Below, one piece after another: positions 18,173 to 28,206 of a DNA stretch of 32,000 nt (position 1 is the first letter of the stretch; every line of letters starts with the position of its first letter). Source of the stretch: Methanothermobacter sp. (GTDB lineage Archaea > Methanobacteriota > Methanobacteria > Methanobacteriales > DSM-23052); the NCBI GenBank assembly GCA_030055615.1, contig JASFYN010000001.1, forward strand, positions 47,267-79,266, in the 5' to 3' direction. The notes below the pieces were generated by a model, which did not search any database, was not told where the DNA came from, and saw nothing but the letters and a program-made list of their open reading frames with translations. The position numbers and the translations under genes are program-made.

Positions 18173-18853
18173 TTACGGTTTTATGACTTCTATGGCTGTT
18201 GCCTTAAATCCTGCGAAGATTTCTTTGCCAATTTCTAGTTTCATGGCATCCCGGGCTTGTCTTGTTATATAACTTGTTAACTCTATATTATCCATTTTTA
18301 ATTTAACTTTGAGGATATTATAGCTAGGTTTGATGGATTTAATCCTGGCTTTTAAGAGGTTTCTTGCGCTTATCTTATATTTTTTGTCCATGAGTAATAT
18401 GTCTTCTGGATGTATTAGTAGAATCACCGTTTCCCCCTTTTCAAATCTTTCCTTTAATGGGGCTTTTATAATATTTTTCCCCACTTTGATTTCGATAATT
18501 TTATCTTCTAGGTTTATGTCTTTGATGATACCTTCAAGTTCATTAAATGTGCCTTGTCTTCTAAATAAGGCTTGCATTTTAAGGTATTCTTGTATTATAT
18601 TTCTACCAGTCTTTGTGAGTTGACTGCTTCCACCTCCACCAGCGCCGCCTCTTCTTGTTGAAACAATCTTTTCTCCGAGTGTATTTTCCATCCTCTTTAT
18701 ATATAGAAGTGCTGTTCTATATGGGATTTCTGATTTTTCAGAAGCCTTTCTTATCGAATTATATTCGTTTATCGATTGGAGTAATCTAAACCTTTTATTA
18801 TCGAGCCAGATGTTTTTTCCTTTTATTTTTAATTTGTAGTTTTCTTTTGACAT
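18173..18853 (-). CDS. ModE-like transcriptional regulator (N-terminal ModE-type HTH plus C-terminal TOBE domain)
   Basis: RLLQSINEYNSIRKASEKSEIPYRTALLYIKRMENTLGEKIVSTRRGGAGGGGSSQLTKTG matches the ModE N-terminal domain, including the GG.GGGG loop. The C-terminal ISARNLLKARIKSI...AGFKATAIEVI is TOBE-like. GGAGG SD present. Confidence 0.8.
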   Translation of the reverse strand: MSKENYKLKIKGKNIWLDNKRFRLLQSINEYNSIRKASEKSEIPYRTALLYIKRMENTLGEKIVSTRRGGAGGGGSSQLTKTGRNIIQEYLKMQALFRRQGTFNELEGIIKDINLEDKIIEIKVGKNIIKAPLKERFEKGETVILLIHPEDILLMDKKYKISARNLLKARIKSIKPSYNILKVKLKMDNIELTSYITRQARDAMKLEIGKEIFAGFKATAIEVIKP

Positions 18854-18866
18854 GTTATCCTCCCAA

Positions 18867-20429
18867 TTACCTGGGAGTGTATTTATCGATAAGGTCGATT
18901 AATTTGTTGATCGGCTTCTTTAAAGGCCCCATTTTTGAACTGAAACGTTTCATTAGACGTATATCTCTTTTTTCGAAGCCTTTCACGATTAATAGTGCTA
19001 TTACATATATTGGGGATGATATTATAAGTGCTATTATAAGTCCTGTTATTGTATTAGGTATTATGATGAGTGGAATGGCTGTTATAACGGATGCTAGTGT
19101 TATCTTCCAAAATGCGGTGTATGGTGGTCTCACATTGGTGATTTGGAATGTTTTCCATAAAGAGAGCACCATTATAATGAATGTTGCGATGGTTGTTGCA
19201 AGAGCACCCCCTTCAATGCCGTAGACTGGCACCATGATAATGTTAAGTATGAGGTTTATAGGAGTACCTATCAATAATATGTACATTGGAAGACGTGGGT
19301 AGCCTATTCCTTGGGTGATGCTTGCAGATACTGCGAAGAGTGTGTAAAATGTCATGCCAACCACAAGTATTGTAAGTGCACCGGCACCATAAATGAAAGC
19401 ACCCCCAAAGAGGAGTTCAAGTATAGGTTTTGAAAATATTGCGATACCAACACATAATGGTAGAACAAATAACATGACAAGTCTATAGGATTGTACTACA
19501 TAAGTTTCAAGCAAACTTTTGTCTTTAAGCGCTGAAGCTTCTGAAGCGGCTGGTAAAACAGCTGTAGCAACCGAAAGGGAGATTATAAGGGGTAATCTTG
19601 CGATTGGATCCGCTGCAGTATAATAACCAACTGCCTTGGTTGCTAGGAATATACCTATAGCAAAAACGCTTATATCATAAATGGCCATTTCAGATAATGC
19701 TGTTATAATTACTGGAATGGAAAAACTTAAAAGGACTTTCATTAATCCTAACTCTTCTTGGAAGTTCAATTTATTTTCAGGCTCCACTGGGGGCAGGTAA
19801 TCTTTAAGTAACTTTTTATAAATTACAAGTGCAGAAATGGCAGATGCTATAAAACCGAAACCTGTACCTATAACAGCCCCGGCCGCATAAAAGCCGATCA
19901 TTACAAATATGACTGCGAATATTATCATGAATATTTGTTCAATAGCCCGTGTCACAACAACATATTCCATTTTATAGATACCTTGGAAGGCACCCCTAAA
20001 TGCACCTACAATAACACTAAATGGTGTGATAAGCGAAACAGCCTGTATAGGATAAACTGAAAGGGGTTTATGGAAAACATCATTTGCAAGCCAAGGTGCC
20101 AAGAAGAATATTATAATAGAAAAACTGAGACCAAGGATGATCATCAGCTTCAAAGAAGTGTGAAGAACTTGTGTTGCCATCTGATCCTCATTGAGTGCCT
20201 TGTGTTGTGCGACATATTTAGCAATGGCTGGTGGCAGACCACCAGCTGAAAGTATTTGGAATATCCCTTGCAAGGGGAATGTTAAACCGAGAAGACCATA
20301 ACCTTCGGGTCCAAGCAATCTAGTCATGAATACTCTGTATATATATCCTCCAACTCTGAAAAGGAGGCTGCTGACCATTATAAGGAAGCTGCCTTTCACT
20401 AGTTTTGACGTGCTATTTGTCAAGCTCAT
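18867..20429 (-). CDS. MOP-superfamily flippase (Wzx/MurJ-like polysaccharide biosynthesis protein)
   Basis: 520 aa with about 14 TM helices. The N-terminal KGSFLIMVSSLLFRVGGYIYRVFMTRLLGPEGYGL is typical of polysaccharide-biosynthesis/MviN-like exporters. Start at ATG 20429 after GGGTGA. Confidence 0.8.
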   Translation of the reverse strand: MSLTNSTSKLVKGSFLIMVSSLLFRVGGYIYRVFMTRLLGPEGYGLLGLTFPLQGIFQILSAGGLPPAIAKYVAQHKALNEDQMATQVLHTSLKLMIILGLSFSIIIFFLAPWLANDVFHKPLSVYPIQAVSLITPFSVIVGAFRGAFQGIYKMEYVVVTRAIEQIFMIIFAVIFVMIGFYAAGAVIGTGFGFIASAISALVIYKKLLKDYLPPVEPENKLNFQEELGLMKVLLSFSIPVIITALSEMAIYDISVFAIGIFLATKAVGYYTAADPIARLPLIISLSVATAVLPAASEASALKDKSLLETYVVQSYRLVMLFVLPLCVGIAIFSKPILELLFGGAFIYGAGALTILVVGMTFYTLFAVSASITQGIGYPRLPMYILLIGTPINLILNIIMVPVYGIEGGALATTIATFIIMVLSLWKTFQITNVRPPYTAFWKITLASVITAIPLIIIPNTITGLIIALIISSPIYVIALLIVKGFEKRDIRLMKRFSSKMGPLKKPINKLIDLIDKYTPR

Positions 20430-20477
20430 TAAATCACCCAAGAAAAAATAAAAGATTCTTGGTCTTTATAAAAATTA

Positions 20478-21059
20478 TCATTCTTTTTTCAAGAATCTCA
20501 TGAACATCTTAAGGGTCTTATGGAGGCTTCTGAATCCTTCTTTATCTTTTTTAACACCCTCTAACGTGTCCTTTGACCAGAAACATGCGCCAAGATTTGC
20601 TCCGAATGATCCTCCGCTTATTGGTATCACGCCATTGGCTATATAAAAAGTGTGTATTTGTTGAATTGCAAGTTCTTGTCCTCCTGATCTGTCACCACCC
20701 ACGGCAATTGCCATTCCGATTTTCCCACGTAAAATATCATAATCCTTCATGTTGAGTGCTCGGCATCTGTCTATTATAATTTTTGTCTGGGCACTTAACC
20801 CACCATTGTAAACTGGTGTCGCCATTACTATGCCCTTTGCCCTTGGAAGGAGATCATAAAGGGTGTACATGTCATCTTTGTTTATGCATTCCTTTTTCTT
20901 TAGGCAATAATCGCAATGTTTACAAGGGTTCAAGTCTTTTCCTCTGACAGTGAAAAATTCTGTTTCATATCCTTCATCTTCTAGTCTGTTAAGCGCTTTT
21001 TTCAGAACGTATTCTGTGGCTTGTTTGCGGGGACTTCCGCATATGCCGATTACATCCAT
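20478..21059 (-). CDS. iron-sulfur flavoprotein (Isf / NADPH-dependent FMN reductase family)
   Basis: GICGSPRK flavodoxin-like N-terminus plus the compact Cys motif CKHCDYCLKKKEC (Cx2Cx2Cx5C) characteristic of methanogen Isf. Start at ATG 21059 after AGGTGA (21064-21069). A minus-strand TATA-like CTATAAATA at 21109-21117 disfavours the track start at 21098. Confidence 0.8.
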   Translation of the reverse strand: MDVIGICGSPRKQATEYVLKKALNRLEDEGYETEFFTVRGKDLNPCKHCDYCLKKKECINKDDMYTLYDLLPRAKGIVMATPVYNGGLSAQTKIIIDRCRALNMKDYDILRGKIGMAIAVGGDRSGGQELAIQQIHTFYIANGVIPISGGSFGANLGACFWSKDTLEGVKKDKEGFRSLHKTLKMFMRFLKKE

Positions 21060-21176
21060 TATTTCACCTGAATTCAAATCTTTTTTTAGAACAGCCATAT
21101 TCCTTTAATATTTATAGTTTTTGTGGTGTTGGATAGTTTTTTTTATTGTTTGTTGTGTACGGTTTTAAATTCACTG

Positions 21177-21212
21177 ATAACTTATAAATTATAACTTTTA
21201 ACTTATAAGTTA
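21177..21212. repeat. second cluster of TAACTT/AAGTTA half-sites, near-identical to the parA-upstream repeat
   Basis: ATAACTTATAAATTATAACTTTTAA (21177-21201) matches the reverse complement of 8005-8029 at 23/25 positions. The identical 14-nt palindrome TAACTTATAAGTTA lies at 21199-21212. Confidence 0.8.
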
Positions 21213-21236
21213 AAATCTTTGGATAATAAAAAAATG

Positions 21237-22430
21237 TTAAATGGCCTCGTCTTCTTCATGTGGTAGTCTCATAGTGTCAGGATCTGGTGGTAATTCCTCT
21301 AGGAAATCCTCTGCTGCTCTTCTCGGATCCTTGGACCCAGTTATATATCTTCCAACAACTATTATGTCAGCGCCACTTTCAAGGGCTCTTCTTGTCTTGG
21401 ATGGTGTTATCCCACCAGCCACAGCTACTAATCCTCTTTCACCTATGATCTTCTTTATTTCTGGGATGTTCCCCCATTCTGAAACTTCTGCTGTTCCAAC
21501 ATCAATATTCTTATGTAAAAGTACGATGTCAGGTTTGTATTTAAGTTCTTCAAGTTTTTCTTGGACGTTTTCAACATTCATCATGTCAAGGATAGAATAT
21601 ATGCCCTGTTTTTGTGCTTCATGGATAGCTTTCTCAATTGTTGCTTTTGTTGCAAGCCCTGATATGGCAACTGCATCTGCTGTTTCGTCAGCCGCCATCT
21701 TAACTTCCATCCTCCCCACATCTAAAGTTTTAAGATCTGCTATTATAAATGCATCCTTTCTTAATTCCCTTATCCTGTTTACAATCCCCACACCAAATTT
21801 TTTGACAAGTGGTGTGCCCGCCTCGAGCAATATCCTCTCACGTGGTGGAAGAACATCCACTACCCTTTCCATTTCTTCAATACTTTCAAGATCTAAGGCA
21901 ACTTGTAAATATGGTGGGTTCCATAATCTTATAGGCTTGAACCCCATGACTGGATGCACGCCCCTATCTTTTTCAGAAAGGATCTTTTCAATTGATGGAT
22001 AGTTTTCCATAGCCCTTCTTATTGCAAGTTTCGTCGCCCCATAATTATAATGGTAGATTTTCTGGTAGTCTTCCGCCTCGGGATGGATGAAAACACTCAC
22101 AATTATGACCAAGTCTTCGACCTTCTCCTTTGGTATTATTCCCTCTTCGACAGCATCTGCAACAGCTCTTGCAACAGCTGTCTGGGCAGGTCCGAATACT
22201 TTATTAGCATCTTCCAAATTTCCAATGGTCACCTTAGGTATCATTAATGTTGCAGGTTTTGTCATTAAATTAGGTCTTATAACAGAAAGCAAGGGCGTGT
22301 GGCCGATTGAAATATTTGTAAGTCCAGTTGCGAAGGCTGAGCCTACAATGCCTTCCTTATCCCCTATTATAAGATCTATATGGGCGACTTCGTTGCCTTT
22401 TCCTATAAGCGCTTCACCGATCCTATACAT
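21237..22430 (-). CDS. fae-hps: bifunctional formaldehyde-activating enzyme / 3-hexulose-6-phosphate synthase (Fae-Hps)
   Basis: N-terminal [27 protein letters not shown] (Fae) and a C-terminal OMPDC-fold Hps domain (LQVALDL...IIADLKTLD...VVGRYITGS). Start at ATG 22430 after GGAGGA. Confidence 0.93.
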   Translation of the reverse strand: MYRIGEALIGKGNEVAHIDLIIGDKEGIVGSAFATGLTNISIGHTPLLSVIRPNLMTKPATLMIPKVTIGNLEDANKVFGPAQTAVARAVADAVEEGIIPKEKVEDLVIIVSVFIHPEAEDYQKIYHYNYGATKLAIRRAMENYPSIEKILSEKDRGVHPVMGFKPIRLWNPPYLQVALDLESIEEMERVVDVLPPRERILLEAGTPLVKKFGVGIVNRIRELRKDAFIIADLKTLDVGRMEVKMAADETADAVAISGLATKATIEKAIHEAQKQGIYSILDMMNVENVQEKLEELKYKPDIVLLHKNIDVGTAEVSEWGNIPEIKKIIGERGLVAVAGGITPSKTRRALESGADIIVVGRYITGSKDPRRAAEDFLEELPPDPDTMRLPHEEDEAI

Positions 22431-22656
22431 TCGAATCCTCCAAGATTTGTTAATTTTATATATGATTTTTCTCATTTGTGATATTATTTTCTGCTTGTGG
22501 ACTGGAGACTCATATAATTTTTCAGATTCAGGTACTAAACAGGGAAATATGCATAGTGAGATTATATTGATTTTTTAATATTTTGTAATTTAAAATATAA
22601 AAAGTAGTGTAATTGGGAATATGAGGTTGCATTTTTTAGGGAAAAATTTAAAGCAT

Positions 22657-23958
22657 TTATTTGTTGTTTTCTGGTAGGGTGCCCATGAGGTAGTCTTCAT
22701 ATCCTTGGAGGTCTAATAATCCGTGCCCCGAAAAGTTGATTATTATTGTTTTTTCTTCGCCAGTTTTTTTACACTTTTTGGCCTCGTCAATTGCTACTTT
22801 TATCGCGTGGCATGTTTCTGGTGCTGGTATGACACCCTCTGCCTTTGCAAATGTCACACCACTTTCAAATACTGATTTTTGGCTAACAGCTCGCGCTTTT
22901 ACTATGTTTTCCTTTACTAGTAGTGCAATTTGTGGTGCCATTCCGTGATATCTCAAGCCGCCGGCGTGTACTGATGGAGGTATGAAGTCATGTCCTAGTG
23001 TGTACATTTTAAGTAGTGGTGTCATTCCTGCTGTGTCACCGTAATCGTAACGGTACTCTCCTTTGGTGAGAGTTGGGCAGGCTACGGGCTCTGATGCTAT
23101 GAATTCACAGTCGAGTTTTCCATCTATTTTATCTTTCACAAAAGGTAGTACCGTCCCACCAAAATTGCTTCCTCCACCCACACATCCAATTATAATGTCT
23201 GGTGTTTCTTCTGCGATTTCAAGTTGTTTTTTTAGTTCAAGTCCTATGACGGTCTGGTGTAAAAGTACATGGTTTAGTACACTTCCGAGCGAATAGTATG
23301 TTTTTTCATTTTGCAGCGCTTCTTCTATGGCCTCAGATATTGCTATTCCAAGGGATCCTGGGTGTTCTGGGTTTTCCTTCAATATTTTACGTCCGAATTC
23401 TGTATCTTTGCTTGGTGATGGTACGATTTCAGCCCCGTAGATTTGCATTATGGTTTTTCTATAGGGTTTTTGGTTATATGATACTCTTACCATGTATACT
23501 TTGCATTCTAGGCCCATTAGTGAACATGCGAGGGATAATGCACTCCCCCATTGTCCTGCACCTGTTTCTGTTGTAAGTCTTTCTGCACCGTCTTTTTTCG
23601 CATAATATGCTTGTGCTATTGCTGTGTTGAGTTTGTGGCTTCCTGTTGGTGAGTAATCTTCTCTTTTATAGTATATCTTGGCGGGTGTATCTAACATTTC
23701 TTCGAGGCCCTTAGCCCTGAATAGTGGTGTTGGCCTTCCTATTCTCTTGTAGATTTCTCTGATTTCTTTTGGGATTTTTATCCACCTTTCCATGGACATT
23801 TCTTGTTCTAGCACGCCACTTGAAAACATTTGGGGTAATTTACCTATGTTGTCTTTTTCTTCGGGGTTTTTTGGTTCTGGTAGTGGTGCTGGTAGGTCTG
23901 GGTTTATGTTATACCATTTTTTTGGTAATTCTTTTTCATCTAATATTATCTTGTTCAT
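22657..23958 (-). CDS. trpB2: TrpB2-type tryptophan synthase beta subunit homologue
   Basis: N-terminal [19 protein letters not shown] extension typical of TrpB2, PLP-lysine context TGSHKLNTA, and GGGSNFGG. Start at ATG 23958 after AGGTGA. Confidence 0.9.
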   Translation of the reverse strand: MNKIILDEKELPKKWYNINPDLPAPLPEPKNPEEKDNIGKLPQMFSSGVLEQEMSMERWIKIPKEIREIYKRIGRPTPLFRAKGLEEMLDTPAKIYYKREDYSPTGSHKLNTAIAQAYYAKKDGAERLTTETGAGQWGSALSLACSLMGLECKVYMVRVSYNQKPYRKTIMQIYGAEIVPSPSKDTEFGRKILKENPEHPGSLGIAISEAIEEALQNEKTYYSLGSVLNHVLLHQTVIGLELKKQLEIAEETPDIIIGCVGGGSNFGGTVLPFVKDKIDGKLDCEFIASEPVACPTLTKGEYRYDYGDTAGMTPLLKMYTLGHDFIPPSVHAGGLRYHGMAPQIALLVKENIVKARAVSQKSVFESGVTFAKAEGVIPAPETCHAIKVAIDEAKKCKKTGEEKTIIINFSGHGLLDLQGYEDYLMGTLPENNK

Positions 23959-24075
23959 TTGATCACCTTTCATAAATTGGCATGATACCAAATTATCTAT
24001 AGAGTACTATTTAAAGCTTTGCTGTACAAAAATATACGTTTACATTTTTTACACATAACACCCTAATAATCTCCC

Positions 24076-25104
24076 ATGAAAATACTCGCAATCGATATAG
24101 GAGTAGGAACACAAGACATAATGTTATACAATTCAAAACATAATATAGAAAATTCAATCAAAATGGTACTACCATCCCCCACAAAAATCCTCGCCAACAA
24201 AATAAGAAAAACCAAACAAAACTTATTCCTAACAGGAAACACAATGGGTGGCGGGCCAATAACATTTGCAATCAAAGATCATCTCAAAGAAGGATACAAA
24301 ATAACAATGACACCAGAAGCAGCAAGAACAATAAAAGATAACCTCCAAAAAGTAAAAAAGATGGGTATAAAGATATCAAAAGAAAACCCGAAAGACTGGA
24401 AAACAATCAAACTCACAGACATCAACATAAAAGCACTAAAAACAGCCCTATCAAATCTAAACATCAAACTAGAATTTGACCACCTCGCAATCGCAGTCCA
24501 AGATCACGGACACTCAGAAAAAATGGGAGACAGGGACTTCAGATTCCATAAAATAAAAGAAAAACTCAAAAAACCCACATCACCTGAAGAATTCGCATAC
24601 CCAAATAAAATCCCCAAATACTTCACCAGGATGAACTCAATCAAAAAAAGTTTAAAAAAATACAATCCATTACTCATGGACTCAAAATTCGCAGCCATAA
24701 CAGGCGCACTCCAAGACACCAAAATCATAGAACATGAAAAACTTGTAGTACTAGATGTTGGCAACGGCCACACATTAGCTGCGACCATCAAAAACGGTAA
24801 AATCATGGGGCTTATGGAACACCACACAAAAATGTTAAACCCTGATAAAATCGAAAAACTCATCAAAAAATTAGTAAACGGAACCCTCACACACTCCCAA
24901 GTCCATGGAGACGGTGGCCATGGAGCACATATAATCAATGCCATAGAAACATTTGAAAAAGTGGTGGTAACAGGACCACAACGCAGATTACTTGACAAGA
25001 CGAATCTTCCAGTATATCATGCCACCCCTGCAGGAGACGTGATGATGACAGGACCGGTTGGACTCATAAAAAGTGTAATATATCATCGGGGAGAACATCC
25101 ATGA
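24076..25104 (+). CDS. uncharacterised ASKHA-fold (acetate/sugar kinase-Hsp70-actin) protein, DUF1786-like
   Basis: MKILAIDIGVGTQD (phosphate-1-like motif), VVLDVGNGHTLAA (phosphate-2-like) and VVVTGPQ (adenosine-like). No SD. A TATA-like AAAATATA at 24031-24038 suggests a near-leaderless mRNA. Confidence 0.6.
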   Translation: MKILAIDIGVGTQDIMLYNSKHNIENSIKMVLPSPTKILANKIRKTKQNLFLTGNTMGGGPITFAIKDHLKEGYKITMTPEAARTIKDNLQKVKKMGIKISKENPKDWKTIKLTDINIKALKTALSNLNIKLEFDHLAIAVQDHGHSEKMGDRDFRFHKIKEKLKKPTSPEEFAYPNKIPKYFTRMNSIKKSLKKYNPLLMDSKFAAITGALQDTKIIEHEKLVVLDVGNGHTLAATIKNGKIMGLMEHHTKMLNPDKIEKLIKKLVNGTLTHSQVHGDGGHGAHIINAIETFEKVVVTGPQRRLLDKTNLPVYHATPAGDVMMTGPVGLIKSVIYHRGEHP

Positions 25105-25748
25105 TACTTGACCCACATATCCATAGTATATATTCCGGTGATGCGAAGGGAACACCCAGACAGATAATCAAAAGAGCAAGGAGGATAGGCCTTGATGCGA
25201 TAGCAATCGCAGACCATGACACTATGCAAGGTTCAAGGGTCGCTGAAAAAGAAGCTAAAAATTTCAAGGACATCATAGTAGTGCCTGCAATGGAGATAAG
25301 CACATCTAAAGGTCATATTTTAGCCCTTGGCATCCAAGATGAAATAAAAAAGGGTGTTACACCCCAAGAAGCTGTTGATAGTATACATGAACAAGGGGCT
25401 ATTGTAATAATCCCTCACCCTTTTGTAAGATACAGAGAAGGCCTTTTTGTGAATGTCCAAGATTTAAAGTTTGATGCTATAGAAACTTTGAACTCCCGTT
25501 ATATTTTCGGTTATTCAAATTGGAGAGCTAGAAGACTCGCAAAGGAAAAGAACCTTCCAATGATAGGTTCAAGTGACGCCCATTTTATAGCGGCCATCGG
25601 AACTTGCTTCACACAAATAGATTCCGAGCCAAATATAGATGATATACTTACCGCCATATTAAAAGGGAGAACCAAGCCCATGGGGAGTAGAACACCTTTA
25701 CACCTCATATTAAAAGAAGTAATTAACAAAAAAATTAAAAGAATCTAA
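25101..25748 (+). CDS. PHP-domain metal-dependent phosphoesterase
   Basis: LDPHIHSIYSGD, AIAIADHDT, GHILALG, IIPHPF and GSSDAHF are the PHP motif series. ATGA overlap with the upstream gene. Confidence 0.85.
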   Translation: MILDPHIHSIYSGDAKGTPRQIIKRARRIGLDAIAIADHDTMQGSRVAEKEAKNFKDIIVVPAMEISTSKGHILALGIQDEIKKGVTPQEAVDSIHEQGAIVIIPHPFVRYREGLFVNVQDLKFDAIETLNSRYIFGYSNWRARRLAKEKNLPMIGSSDAHFIAAIGTCFTQIDSEPNIDDILTAILKGRTKPMGSRTPLHLILKEVINKKIKRI

Positions 25749-25750
25749 AA

Positions 25751-26557
25751 ATGTTAGCCCACAAAGACATTCTAGATCCTATTATAAAATTTTTACAGGA
25801 AAATTTTTTCTACCTTCATCCAGGTTATACCCTATTTAACACTATAGTATTTGGTCTGGTTCTTGGCCTGGTGGTATTAATTATAATAAGGATGTTTAAG
25901 TGGATTAAAAAAGATCCTAGGGATCTTTTTTTACCAATCATCCCCTTTATATTTTTAGGATCTGGTGCAAGGGCCTTGGTTGATAATGGTGTTTATCCAC
26001 TTACACTTTTTCTTGTCACGCCAGGAATTTATATTATAGTAGGTTTAACAGCGATAGTAACCCTGTTAGCATCTGTTAAACTCGAGGAGAAATTTGGATG
26101 GAATTATAAACATATAATATTCTTGACTGGCCTTATACTTTCAATCCCAAACATTATATACTTAAAACCATTTAATCTCACACCTTTCTTAAGTATATTG
26201 GCTATATGGTTGGCTTTCACAAGTATTTTCGCGATCTTGGGGTTGCGATGGGATCTTCTGAACGATAAGGACAATTTGGCTGTTTTATCAGTCCATTTAT
26301 TTGATGCTTCCACAACCTTTGTCGCTGTTGATTTTTATGGTTACTGGGAACAACATGTACTGCCAACCTTCCTTACAAACATTACCAACACAGCCTTTGT
26401 AATGTTCCCATTAAAAATATTAGTAATATTAACTGTGCTATATCTTATTGAAGGTTTCGAAGATAAATACGTGAAAAACACTTTGAAAATTAGTATATTC
26501 ATCTTGGGCCTCGCCCCTGGACTTAGAAATTTCCTAAGTCTTTGCATGGCAACATAA
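25751..26557 (+). CDS. archaeal polytopic membrane protein (DUF63-like)
   Basis: 268 aa with about 7-8 TM helices. It starts 2 nt after the PHP gene stop. The family assignment comes from size, topology and context, not a verifiable motif. Confidence 0.55.
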   Translation: MLAHKDILDPIIKFLQENFFYLHPGYTLFNTIVFGLVLGLVVLIIIRMFKWIKKDPRDLFLPIIPFIFLGSGARALVDNGVYPLTLFLVTPGIYIIVGLTAIVTLLASVKLEEKFGWNYKHIIFLTGLILSIPNIIYLKPFNLTPFLSILAIWLAFTSIFAILGLRWDLLNDKDNLAVLSVHLFDASTTFVAVDFYGYWEQHVLPTFLTNITNTAFVMFPLKILVILTVLYLIEGFEDKYVKNTLKISIFILGLAPGLRNFLSLCMAT

Positions 26558-26580
26558 TCTATCAATTATGGGAGAGGAAA

Positions 26581-26589
26581 CTTTATAAA
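26581..26589 (+). promoter_or_regulatory. TATA-like box upstream of the leuA-like gene
   Basis: CTTTATAAA is preceded by purine-rich GAGGAAA (BRE-like). It lies about 70 nt upstream of ATG 26656, whose SD GAGGA is at 26644-26648. Confidence 0.4.
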
Positions 26590-26655
26590 CATAATAAGAT
26601 AATAATAATCAATAATCTCCCCATATTATAATCCAGCTCCTTTTGAGGAATTGCC

Positions 26656-28191
26656 ATGTCCATAGAGGAAGTGAAATACATAGATGAAGTGAAAAATGAA
26701 ATGAAGCTCCCAGGAAAAGTTAGAATATTTGATACAACATTAAGAGATGGTGAACAAACACCTGGAGTAGCCCTTACAGTAGATGAAAAAATTAGTATAG
26801 CCAAGAAATTAGATCAGCTGGGAGTGAACATAATAGAAGCCGGTTTTCCAGCCGCTTCTCCAGGTGAAAAAAATGCTGTGAAAAATATCGCATCACTTTC
26901 ATTAGACGCGAACATCTGTGGCTTGGCAAGAGTATTAAAAAAGGATCTTGACGAGGCACTAGCTTGTGATGTGGACTACATCCACACATTCATTGGCACA
27001 TCACCCATCCATAGAAAATACAAACTCAAAATGGATAAAGAGGAAATCCTCCAAAAAGCAATATTTGCAGTTGAATACGCAAGAGATCATGGAGTTAAAG
27101 TAGAATTCTCAGCCGAAGATGCCACAAGAACAGAATTTGATTATCTGCTCAAAATTTACAAGGCTGTGGAAGACGCTGGAGCTCACATTATAAACGTCCC
27201 AGATACAGTAGGCGTCATGATACCACGCGCCATGGAACACCTTATAGGGAAACTAAATGAAAACCTTAAGGTACCATTAAGTGTCCACTGCCACAACGAT
27301 TTCGGACTCGCAGTCGCAAATTCACTCGCAGCAGTAGAAGCAGGGGCAACCCAAGTACATGTCACCATTAACGGACTAGGAGAAAGGGCGGGCAACGCAG
27401 CCCTAGAAGAGGTTGTCATGGCCCTAATCGTACACTATGGAATCCCAGTGGATATAAAGACCAAAAAACTTGTTGACATTTCAGAATTCGTTTCAAAGAT
27501 CACAGGAGTTAAAATGCCACCCAATAAGGCTATTACAGGTGAAAACGCATTTGCTCATGAAGCAGGGATCCACGTACATGGCGTGAAAGAAAAGGCCGAA
27601 ACATACGAGCCTATAAAACCAGAAATGGTAGGACATAAAAGGAGAATAGTCCTGGGCAAACATACGGGTACAAAGGCTATAAAATCAAAACTAGAAGAAC
27701 ATGGCATAGAAATGAACGATGAACAGATCCAAATGCTTTACGAACAAGTGAAAGAACTCGGTGATAAGGGTAAACGGGTGACAGACGCAGACCTTAAGGC
27801 AATGGCCATCACGATCTTAGGACGCGCACCAGAGGAAATAGTCAAACTAGAAGGTATAGCAGTGATGACAGGAGAAAGCGTGATGCCAACAGCGACAGTA
27901 AAACTCAGAATCAAAGACAAGATCAAAACAGCGGCAAAAACGGGGGTAGGACCAGTTGACGCGGCCATAAATGCCATTCACAGCTTAGTGAGTGAAACTG
28001 CTGATATAGAATTGGAAGAATATAATATAGAGGCCATAACAGGGGGCACAAATGCACTCGCAGAAGTTTTTGTGGTGATGAGTGACAAAGAAGGCAATAA
28101 AGCAACAGGAAGGTCAACGAGAGAAGATATTGTAATGGCTAGTGTAGAAGCAGTCCTAGACGCCATAAACAAAATACTCACCCTAAAATGA
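26656..28191 (+). CDS. leuA: 2-isopropylmalate synthase (LeuA/CimA family with C-terminal LeuA-dimer regulatory domain)
   Basis: [33 protein letters not shown] and a C-terminal regulatory domain ([11 protein letters not shown]). [12 protein letters not shown] looks more LeuA-like than CimA-like to me, but citramalate synthase cannot be excluded by eye. Confidence 0.85.
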   Translation: MSIEEVKYIDEVKNEMKLPGKVRIFDTTLRDGEQTPGVALTVDEKISIAKKLDQLGVNIIEAGFPAASPGEKNAVKNIASLSLDANICGLARVLKKDLDEALACDVDYIHTFIGTSPIHRKYKLKMDKEEILQKAIFAVEYARDHGVKVEFSAEDATRTEFDYLLKIYKAVEDAGAHIINVPDTVGVMIPRAMEHLIGKLNENLKVPLSVHCHNDFGLAVANSLAAVEAGATQVHVTINGLGERAGNAALEEVVMALIVHYGIPVDIKTKKLVDISEFVSKITGVKMPPNKAITGENAFAHEAGIHVHGVKEKAETYEPIKPEMVGHKRRIVLGKHTGTKAIKSKLEEHGIEMNDEQIQMLYEQVKELGDKGKRVTDADLKAMAITILGRAPEEIVKLEGIAVMTGESVMPTATVKLRIKDKIKTAAKTGVGPVDAAINAIHSLVSETADIELEEYNIEAITGGTNALAEVFVVMSDKEGNKATGRSTREDIVMASVEAVLDAINKILTLK

Positions 28192-28206
28192 CAGGTGGAC
28201 CTCCAG

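Noticed and set aside
21241-22578. Long + strand ORFs (253, 65 and 163 aa) opposite fae-hps
   Set aside because: They are shadow frames of the well-supported Fae-Hps gene, with S/A/L-rich, non-globular sequences.
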